Part shown: positions 54,501 to 64,000 of the stretch, one piece after another
How positions within the stretch are numbered: position 1 is the first letter of the stretch
Layout: each line of letters opens with the position of its first letter
DNA from: Harriotta raleighana
Lineage: Eukaryota
Length of the DNA: 64,000 nucleotides
Assembly: GCA_050575255.1 (NCBI GenBank)
Contig: JBNZDD010013392.1
Location: 262,845 to 326,844, forward strand
Direction of reading: 5' to 3'
Made by a program: the position numbers and the translations under genes
Notes under the pieces: model-generated
Databases searched by the model: none
What the model was told of the DNA's origin: nothing
The model's input: only the letters and a program-made list of their open reading frames with translations

Positions 54501-57500
54501 ACAGGTGGCACAGATGAAAATGGGAAAAGTCGGAAATCTAATGAATACTTGAGCAAAAAAATGAAGAAGAAAAAGAAAAAGAAAGACCGTGAATGTCCAA
54601 GAGTGAGGCGATTGAAAGTGTATAACAAGGAGGTACAAACAGCATATACTGCGATCACCCATGTCCACCTGGACGCTCGGGAACCAGGCTCATCTGTTCC
54701 CACAGCAAAAATTGATAAAGAGTGGCTTCAGCCTCGTGACCAGCCTGGCAGGCTGGATGTGGAAAGGAATGATTGCAAAATTCCTTCAGGTGCGCAGTTA
54801 CCATTCTTATCACACAGAGATCACTGCGTACGAAAGGGAATTGTGCGGACAGGCTCTTCTACATTTGCTCGCTTTATACATGTGGACCACCAGCCGAACG
54901 GCGGAGCTCCTGTGCTCCATGCCTACATGGATGAACTCTCTCTTTTGTCTCCTGTGGAGGTGGAGAGGTTTGCTGAGGAATTTCTTACATTGACTTTTAG
55001 TGAAAATGAGAAAAATGCAGCCAATTATGTGATGGCAGTTGTTCACGGAGCAGCAGCATACTTACCAGATTTTCTGGATTATTTTGCTTTTAACTTTCCT
55101 AATACTCCAGTGAAAATGGAAATACTGGGAAAGAAAGACATTGAAACTACAACCATCTCAAACTTTCACACTCAGGTAGGATTCAACACTTTCTTATTTT
55201 TGTAGTTTTAAAGATAAATGGTTGAAATAGACAATTTTTTACTGCCGCAATACAATGATGGGCTTTGAAGTCTGATGCCTCTTCTTCTGCTTATGGTTTT
55301 CTCATTATAGCTGTTCAATATCCTTCTTGTCTTCAAAGCCCTCCACATCCTTGTTCCTTCCTGCTAACACCATATTGACCAGTCCTCACCCTCCACTCAG
55401 TGGGCTCTAATCTGCTCCATATCCTCACCATTGATGATCGGGCCTCTGCCTCTCTGCCCCCTTTGGACACCATCCCACAGTCCCTCAGCCCCTCTCTCTC
55501 CCTTGTCATCTCAAGATCTTCCCTTTAGACTGTGCCTTCGGCCACCCTCCTACTTCTACTCTCCCTGCCCTCCACCCTCCCCGCTCCACCTCTCCTGATC
55601 CCAACCCCAGGTCACGTCCAAAACCCTTACTGATCAACGCCTTGGGACATCCTCTCAATTTAAATATAATTTGTTTTTATTGTTGTGCAACAACTATTCA
55701 GAAATAAATTAATTTAGCCTAGTCAAATAGAATTATGGTGAATAGATATGGTTATAATATACAGTGTACTTTATTCTAGTTGAATCCGTATGATATATCA
55801 GCAGGTTAATGGATAACTAGTTGAATGAAACCGATTTGTAGATTGTACCTTTCTACTATTTATTTCAGTACGTCAACAAAGGAAGCACCTGGTTCGACCG
55901 CATGTTGAAAACTGGCGTAGAGAGGAACTAATTGATTTTCCTGTACATCACATTTAATCTGGCTTTGTTTTTAAAGTTAGTCAAAACAACAACAAAATTA
56001 CATTTATGGAACCAGAAAATGTATTGAATCATCAAACCAGAGAGCAAGACAGCTCTCATATTTGGCTCTTTTAGCCTAAAGCTTTTCAGTAGTGCCTATT
56101 TCAGTTAGTAGCTTTCTCGACTCTGATACAGAAGATTGTGAGTTCAGGACCTGTGAATTCCCAGTCTAGGCTGACACTTCAATTCATTGCATTGGGAGAG
56201 CATTACATTGTCAGAGGTGTCTTCAGAGGAGACATTAATGTTAAATATCTGATAGTACAATTCTTAAAGAGAAGCGGGTGTCTCCAAAACTGTGTCTCCT
56301 GTGTCCTCTCCCGTACTAGGCTCTACGAGACCATCACTACCATCCTCGCTGGCTCTTGGCATACTTAAGACTTGAATTCCTTTAAAAACAATCCCTAAAA
56401 AAAACAATAATAATTTGGTCATGTCAATCCATGACTATTTGTGGGACACTGCTGTGTGCAATTGGCTGCTGCGTTTCGCCCACAAATATAGTCAATTCAC
56501 TTTGCAATATATTCTGTGAAGCACTTTGAGACATCTAGAAGATGTGGAAAGCACTATATCAAATGCAAGGATTATTATTATTGAGTTCAAAATTCTCGCC
56601 CTCGCCCCCATAGTCTTCACGCCACCATAGCGTCCACCACATAACACTCACCAACTTGGTGCTATTAGACAGGTTATGAAAGACACTATATAAATGTAAA
56701 TTGTTTGGGGTAATGTTGAGCTTTGTGTAGAGGTCTCCTTAGATCTGGTGAGTGGTTAGGAGCTGGAACCATAAACCAGCTCAGATTCTCAGATCCTTCA
56801 ATGAAAGTCCTTCATTAATCACTAACTATAAAGTAAGAGTCTTATCTCGGGAGATATTAAAAGAAACGAGAGGTTTTGCACATAGGCTTATGTTACCCAT
56901 CATAGCCCCCCCCTCACTCATGTCCTCTCCCGCACCAAGCTCCGCCAGCACATCACTCCCACCCTTGCCCGGCTCCATTGGCTCCACATCTCCCAGAGGA
57001 TTGAATTCAAGATCCTCATCTTCAATTTCAAGGCCTTTCACAGCCTTTCTCCCCCCTATCTCTCTGACTTGTTTTCCCCCTCCATTCAGTGGGCTCCGAC
57101 CTGCTACATGTACCCCACCCGATACGCCCTACCATGGCGGATGGGCATTCAGCCTCTCTGCCCACACACTCTGGAATTCCATCCCACAGTTCCTTCACCC
57201 CACTCCCTCCCTTGCCTCCCTTCAAGACCTTCCTCTTCGATTGTACCTTCTGCTGTCTTCCCAACTCTCCCTCCCCTCCTTACTCCTTCCTCCCCTCCTA
57301 ACTCTCTCCCACCCCTCCCCCTTAACCAGCCCCTCTCCCTTGCCTCGGGTCCCAACCTGACTGTTCAGTGCCTTTGGACAACCTCCCAACATGAAAGGCA
57401 TTCTATAAATGTAATTTTATTGTTGTATTACAGTACTTACTTTCTAGAAAATTCAATAAAGTTATTAATTTCTAATATTAGATTATGACAGGGAGCATAT

Positions 57501-60500
57501 CCAATCTCATTCCACTAGAGCAGAATAATGGCAGGTATTTTAAATGCTTTTCCCCACACTCTTCTACTCTTACTTCTCAAATATCTACACAGCTCCCATT
57601 TAAACATCCCAGTTTATTTTGCAGCTTTCTAACATCTAGTCCTACACAATATCACATATGGTGGATTAAACAAGGGGAAGATCATCTTGTGAAGCCAGCA
57701 AGGTTCCATGGATGTTTGCAAAATGAAGAACCAAAGCTAAGCATTGATTGAACATCAACAAAATGGCATTTGTATAATTTAGTGCCTCTCACGTCAGGAG
57801 GACAATTTACTGGGATTCCCACCTGTAAGATTAAGCACAATACTTAACTAAGACAAACCCGATCTCCATACATCCAGTGGGAAATTATAAAGCTCCTGTT
57901 GAGAAACGTGAGGCACCTTACATTCAAAACTTGGAAATAAAGCTTACAATAAACTTACAAGGCGAGGAACATTAATGATTTCAGAACTGCTCTTAGATAT
58001 TGATGGACCTGCTGTGGATTTTAAAGTTCATGGCAACCCTTGTAAAAGTGATTGCGACTTCACTGTTGTTGTTGGTTGACGGTTCAGTGGGTGATATGAT
58101 AAGTAACCACGAAGATTCATTACCTGGATACAAGATATTTAGATGCCTGAAGGTGCCCTGCAATAAATATGTAAAAATGCCTCCTGTTCAGACTCCAGCT
58201 GCTTAATATTTTATCCTTAATGATAATTGTTGCCATTTTTAGACACGTAACTAACTGCCACCTCTAATGTAATCCCTAGGTTTCACGGACATATTGCTGT
58301 GGCACTTATAGAGCAGGTCCCTTGAGGCAGGTCAGTCTGGTGGGAGCCGTGGACGAGGAGGTTGGAGATTTTTTCCCAGAATTTCTTGATCTGTTGGAAG
58401 AATCCCCATTTTTGAAAGTAAGTGGGAGGTCTGGGATGTTTTCGTGATGCAAATGCTTTTGCCTTTATATTCTAAACATAGGTTTATAATCTGGAACTGA
58501 ATAATGTTTCTTTTCCCCCAAAGTCTGCTCACACTGCTCATAGTAGATTGGGGGGAAGGGAGTTGTGAACTACTGTATATGCAAAGAATGTTTATTACTT
58601 AACTTAAAGACAAATTGTGATTGTCATTAAGATCATGCTACATTTAACTTGCTGCTTTGAATATGCCAAACTGAAATATTGCTGCAATCCTCTGTCACGG
58701 TTACATTAGTCTCAGGTATAAATGCAGCGAATAATAACTGTATTCCATCCAAGTGACTTCATGTTGTTTTGAAACTACAATGAAAGTACAGTCAGACTGT
58801 CATGCATGCACATAATACCATTAGAAATTTATCTTGTGATTCAGTCTACCGAAATAACGTGCAGATGCTAAAGTTGGCTAATGATGCCAACACAAGTCCA
58901 TAGAATATTTCAATTCAGAGCAACTACTTCTGCTAAACCTATTCTACTTGGAGGGTGGGCTGGGGTCGCTGGGGGTTCTTCAGACATTTTCCAGGGTCTC
59001 CTTGAAGCTGCATTAGCTCCATGGGGACTAGCATGGTGACAGAGAGTTGGAATCAAATCTTCACTCTGAAGTAGTATTTGAGGTTATCTTTAATGCGGGT
59101 GGATACTCCAAGGCACCCATGTTAACAGAGGAGCCGGCCTGACTTGTCTACAGGACTGTAGGGGAAGACTGATCACTGGGGACAGGGATTCCTCCCACTG
59201 ATTCCTGGTAATTCTTCAAATTAAAGCCCCAATGTAATGGCAAGATTTATGATTTCAGCTAATTTAACTCCAGCAGCACCTCAATATACACACTGTATAT
59301 GTGTTTCACCCTCTCCCACTCTCCTTCCCCCTCCCCTTGACCCTCCCCCACTGCTCGAGTCCCGACCGGACTGTTCAGCCCTTTGGGGCATCCTTTCAAC
59401 ATGAAAGGCGCTATACAAGTGTAATTTTGTTGTTGTTAGTGTGGTCCACAGCACAGTACAGGAGATAAATATACAGCCAGGACTTCAGCAGCCACCCACA
59501 AGTAAATATACTACACAATACACCTTCTGAGTTCTTGGTTGATTTATACCTTTTTTGTTTTCTTTTTAATCAGATGACATTGCCGTGGGGAACTTTATCC
59601 AATCTTAAACTCCAGTGTCGGTCACAGAGTGACGATGGCCCGATAATGTGGGTGCGGCCAGGGGAACAGATGATTCCTACTGCAGATATGCCAAAGTCCC
59701 CTTTCAAGAGACGAAGGTAGGAATACGTTGCTATGGTATTATTATATGAAATAGTTTTAGGCATGAGCTGTAGGGAACCTATTATTTACATGTTTGGAGT
59801 TCATTTGGCCCAGTTGGGTGCATTCTTACCTCAGTCAGAGGTTTGTGAATACAAGCCTAATTTGTGGACTTTGTCCCGGTTGACTTTGCTGTGCAGTATT
59901 ATGTACAGTTTTGTTAAAGGTGAATCCTTCAGATGAGACTTTAAAACGACATCATGTCATCCTTTTGAGTTAGACACTAAAGATCCCTGAACACTATTCA
60001 GAGAGGAATTTTCCCCTGAGACCTAGCAAATTTTTCTCCATATACAGTAAAACCTTGTTTATCTGGCACCCATGGGACCCGGCCAATTGCAGTTAAATGT
60101 TTTTTCCGGTTGAACGGATTTATAATGTTTTTTATTGAATATAATTTATTGAATAGAAATAATTTTACCACATACCATATTGACAATGGATTAAATAATA
60201 ACANTTTCCAAAAAAATTAGAAATAATTTTACCACATACCATATTGACAATGGATTAAATAATAACAGAATATTCTATTAGTACATTATTATTTATACTT
60301 AACTTCGCAATTGCAGCACTGGATTCGACGGGAGGTAAAAAACGTGACTTTAAAAAGCAACGAGTTTAGACCTAACGGCCAGCACACACACACAGACAGA
60401 CACACACACATAGACACACACACAGACAGACAAATTCTGTCCACAAATCTCATCCCGCCCCCCCTCCCCCTTTCCTCTCTCCTTCCCCCCTCTCTCTTTC

Positions 60501-61979
60501 TCTCTGTGCAGCAACCTGCTGCCATTTCTCTCTCTCTCTCACTCCATTATGCTTTCCAATATCTCTCTCTCTCTCTCTCATTCCATTATGCTTTCCCCTA
60601 TCTCTCGCTCCCTTTCCCCATATCTCATTCCCGCCCCTTTTCTCTTCCTCTCCATTCCTTCCCCCTCCCTCCCTCTCTCTATGTTTCCTACCCTCCATTC
60701 CCCCCGCCCCCCACTCCCACCCTCTCTCTCTGGCTGCTACCTGCAGCAGTATTTATTATGTACACAGTACTTCCATTTCCAACGACAGGCATTCATCCAT
60801 CCGAATGAGGTAAAATAAAAACCGCGACTTTTAAAAGTGGCCCGGAACAAGTTCAGACCCGACATTCAATGCGTCACCAGATAACTTCCGGTTAATCGGA
60901 TCAGAGCTTTTTTTTTGAGATGGAGGTTGAACAGGTTTTACGATTATTCGAGTCACAGATAAATGAGGTTTTACTGTAAATTTGTCATTTGCCCTGTGGC
61001 TCGTACACTTGGCTGTTGCCAAATTAGTTCACATTCTTCCCTACAAATACATTATTTCCATATATGATGGCTGTTACCTGTGAAGCAGTTTGAAATATTT
61101 TGACGTTATTTGCACTGTACCAAATGCAAGTGTATTATTACAAATGTTCTGTTCCCTTGTAGGTCAATGAATGAAATTAAGAATTTGCAATATCTGCCTC
61201 GAGCCAGCGAGCCTCGGGAAATCCTGTTTGAGGACAGGACGCGAGCCCATGCAGACCATGTGGGGCAGGGCTTTGATTGGCAGAGCACAGCAGCCGTCGG
61301 TGTTCTGAAGGCCATCCAATATGGAGAATGGTAGGAACTGAAGGCCACTATCTCGGTTAGAGTGAGTGATGAAAGAGCAAAGACCAAAGGAGTAGAGGGT
61401 TTGAGAGAGGCAGAGTTCGAAGGATGCGACTGTTAAGTCTGGCATTCCTAAGTGAAGTGTTGATCTGAGATTTCTTGCAGGGTGTGTTTTTATGAACTCT
61501 TTAAGTTTATATTTTTTTAATTGCCTATTTTACAGATGGGTTATAATTATTGTCAGATCTTAATGTATATTTCCTCACTTCTGTTTAATCCACAAGATTG
61601 AAAACCATTCATTTGTTTAATATTTCTTTATGATTGGTGACATCTCTGGCCTTTCTCTCCCTTATAATGTGGGAGACAACAACAACAAATGATATTTGAT
61701 TTCACATCAGAAGGATAACCACATTTATTTGCCAAAATATCTGTTCATGAATTATTGCAGGACAGATGGTAAGGAAACTTTATGATTGACTATCTCAAGT
61801 TGTAGAATTTTAACTTCTGCTGTATCTGTTCATCACTTATGTGCCTGTAACCTTTTAATTTTCTTTCCAGGACCGATCAACTTCGTGTAACCAAAGACGT
61901 GATTTGTTTTCATGCTGAGGATTTCACTGATGTTGTACAGAGATTGCAGTTAGATCTACACGAGCCACCAGTCTCGCAG
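51162..61979 (+). CDS. RSBN1: Round spermatid basic protein 1 (DPY-21-related JmjC-like lysine demethylase), exons 1-6, 3'-partial
   Basis: Exons 51162-51441, 54505-55175, 58280-58417, 59574-59716, 61163-61330, 61871-61979; the window ends on a probable next acceptor (ttttatgtttacAG, 64000). Peptides [86 protein letters not shown] and [13 protein letters not shown] favour RSBN1 over RSBN1L, as does linkage to MAGI3/LRIG2. Confidence 0.94.
52025..53170 (+). mobile_element. L2-clade LINE, 5'-truncated, with decayed reverse transcriptase
   Basis: [18 protein letters not shown](F)[34 protein letters not shown] motifs with stops and frameshifts; (TTG)n tail. Confidence 0.9.
53815..54435 (-). mobile_element. 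Degenerate L2-clade LINE fragment
   Basis: (CAA)n tail plus aaattacatttata...ccaaggcac at 53815-53880; purine-rich body with gttgagctgcaaaaaattaag (reverse of an NFLQLN-coding stretch). Confidence 0.55.
55315..55685 (+). mobile_element. L2-clade LINE 3' fragment
   Basis: ttcaatatccttcttgtcttcaaagccctcc...gccttgggacatcctctc, then TTG tail. Confidence 0.65.
56100..56245 (+). mobile_element. Older Deu-SINE (SacSINE1/AmnSINE1-like) head fragment
   Basis: ctctgatacagaagattgtgagttcag...tctaggctgacact...cattgtcagaggtg...gagacattaa; recalled similarity only. Confidence 0.4.
56385..56582 (+). mobile_element. tRNA-SINE family copy, 5'-truncated
   Basis: gtgggacactgctgtgtgcaattggctgctgcgtttcgcccacaaata...tgtgaagcactttgagac...aaatgcaagg(att)n. 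Confidence 0.8.
56910..57428 (+). mobile_element. L2-clade LINE 3' fragment
   Basis: ctccattggctcc...gaattcaagatcctc...ggatgggcattcagcctctctgcccacacactctggaattcc, then tail. Confidence 0.8.
60043..60978. mobile_element. Tc1/mariner-like MITE with internal microsatellites
   Basis: TIRs TA-CAGTAAAACCTTGTTTATCTG ... CAGATAAATGAGGTTTTACTG-TA; interior has (CA)n and CT-rich tracts at 60383-60730. Confidence 0.75.
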
Positions 61980-62042
61980 GTATTTTGTTTAGAGTAACAT
62001 TAACCTTTCAGGAGCTGATCCTAGCAGTTGATTTAGTGCCTA

Positions 62043-62319
62043 GTGGAGTTCTGTAGCTCAGTGGTTAGAGCACTTCGTCTTGCAAGTGAGAGACCTGGGT
62101 TCGATTCCATGCCGGGCGAAACCTTGGGCAAGTTTCCTTACTCCACACGCCTAATAATAATCCCTCCAAAGAAAATCCCTCCACGACAGTTTGTGGGACA
62201 CTGCTGTGCGCAATTCGCCCACAAATATATTGTCAATTCATTTTACAGTATAATCTGTGAAGCGCTTTGAGACTTCTAGAACACATGAAAAGTGTTATAT
62301 CAAATGCAAGGTTATTATA
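62043..62319 (+). mobile_element. tRNA-derived SINE (full length)
   Basis: A box TAGCTCAGTGG, B box GGTTCGATTCC, Deu-like core, L2-type tail. Confidence 0.88.
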
Positions 62320-63327
62320 ACATCTCAAATTGCTGTCCATTGTGGTGACTGCATTCTCTAGCAGCCAGTATATATATATTGCAATATCCAGCCAACAGCT
62401 ACAAAGTGAATGACAAATTTATTTGGAGAGTTGTGGCCAGAACATGAGAAGAACTATTCAAATAGTCTTAAACAGTTACGCAGGACCTTTAGTTCATATC
62501 TGATTGGGAAGACAAGCCTCTGACATGCAGCTTTCTCTACACGTCACTGAAGTGCCAGCTCAATGTGAACTCCGTCACACTATTCCTGTAGTATTGTTGG
62601 GGATACTTTTCTGGGTTTGGGGAGAGAAGCAAACCTAGTATATTTATGCTTTCTCAGTTTTAAGGTGAGACTAGCAATGAGAGAGTGTATTCTCTCCAGT
62701 GTGCCCTGGAGCATGCAGATGTAGAGGAGTGGGCTCAATGGACCGAATGATTTAATCTGATTCTTCAGTCTGTGTAAGAAAAATCTCCAAAGCTTCTGCA
62801 GTGTCCGACGTCGATTGGCGACCAGAAATGATTAATTTGAATACACAATTTCTCTAATACAGATGCTATTGCTACATTTCTCACTGTTCTTCCTAATGTT
62901 ATGACTCAGGCTACATTGTCTGGACTATTATACAGTTTCATTCTCATCTTTGTGGCTGGGAGGTGGTTTCATGTTGGAGGTCATAAAACCAAAATATTTA
63001 AAGCATAGAGATGTCAATTCAGTGCATTGTCTCTGTTGGCTCCAGCCAAGCAATCCAGTCCATCATGCTAATCCCTGCAGATTAAATTAAAAAAAATATA
63101 CTTTGAATTAATTCCTACTTGAAGGATAGTTTTGTTTTTTTCTGGACAAAAACACCCAGCAGGATATTCTACCCGAACACGTTAGTGTTTAAAAAAAAAT
63201 CCTCCTAATCACCCTCTTGATTCTTTGCTAATTAGAGTAAAACCTCAATAATCTGACATTTCAAAAAACCAACTCCCTAAAACCAGCAAGATTTCAAAAT
63301 ACATATATTATTAATTTTTTTCCAATG

Positions 63328-63893
63328 TACGGTAAATCTCCCCAAATTCGGAACAGCTACTTGTTGTTCCCAGCTCCGTTATCGTTTGTGGAGCTCCTGT
63401 GGCTTAGTGGTTAGAGCACTCGCCTTACAAGCATGAGACCTGTGTTCGAATCCAGGCAGATCAGGGCGAAACCTTGGGCAAGTTTCCTTACTCCACATGC
63501 CTAATAATAATCCCTCAAAAAAAACCACAATAATAAAATTGGTCATTTCAATCCACGACTGTTTGTGGGACACTGCTGTGCGCAATTGGCTGCCGCGTTC
63601 CACCCACAAATATAAAGTCAATTCACTTTACAGTATATTCTGTGAAGCGCTTTGGGACGTCGATAAGATGTGAAAAGCGCTACATCAAATGCAAGGATTA
63701 TTATTATTATTATTATCGTTCCCGGCACTTTGACAAAGTGGGTGGAGCTCAGGCAGAGTTTGGTTTCAGTGCTGTGTTTATGTGGTGTACGGAGCCGGGC
63801 TACGAAGGTTATGTAGGTTCTAAATACCAACAAACTCCGAAATCCAGGGGGTGATTGGCCCCAATGCTGCTGGATTATCGGGATTTTACTGTA
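63328..63893. mobile_element. Tc1/mariner-like MITE interrupted by a SINE
   Basis: Ends TA-CGGTAAATCTCCCC and GGATTATCGGGATTTTACTG-TA, related to the 5301-5747 element. Confidence 0.55.
63388..63720 (+). mobile_element. tRNA-derived SINE, full length with target-site duplication
   Basis: A box TGGCTTAGTGG, B box GTTCGAATCC, Deu-like core, (ATT)n tail; TTATCGTT at 63379-63386 and 63713-63720. Confidence 0.9.
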
Positions 63894-64000
63894 TTTTAGC
63901 TAATATCCCAGTTTGGCCCCTTGTACAGAGTTTCATTAAATCTGCATCAATATGAAAAAATGAGACTGTACAATCAACATTTGAGGTTTTATGTTTACAG

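Noticed and set aside
62043-62115. tRNA-like sequences (also at about 17960-18029, 18295-18365 and 63388-63460)
   Set aside because: They are SINE heads continuing into the shared SINE body, not standalone tRNA genes.

Overview
Eukaryotic, intron-containing vertebrate DNA. The repeat content (tRNA-headed Deu-domain SINEs, L2 and CR1 LINE 3' fragments, Penelope-like hammerhead-bearing repeats) and short introns suggest a cartilaginous fish, possibly a chimaera; this is inference. Three protein-coding genes lie on the + strand: LRIG2 (first coding exon outside the window; 18 exons visible, 1520-12002), a complete compact MAGI3 (16653-46314; 21 exons plus a stop-containing cassette exon) and RSBN1 (exons 1-6, 51162-61979; the window ends on a probable acceptor AG for exon 7). 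Exons were traced by hand from GT-AG sites and phase, and compared from memory with the human orthologues; no search was run. Most short ORFs in the supplied track are spurious or TE-derived. Points worth checking: PHTF1 is absent between MAGI3 and RSBN1, and RSBN1 is flipped relative to the human order; LRIG2 has an extra LRIG3-like cytoplasmic exon; a palindromic repeat family carries a minimal hammerhead-ribozyme core, and one copy forms a hairpin in the MAGI3 3'UTR; there may be a spliced divergent transcript and an overlapping uORF at the RSBN1 CpG island; inverted SINE pairs occur in MAGI3 intron 1. Several duplications split by a single N look like assembly artefacts. I found no clearly novel multi-gene system.
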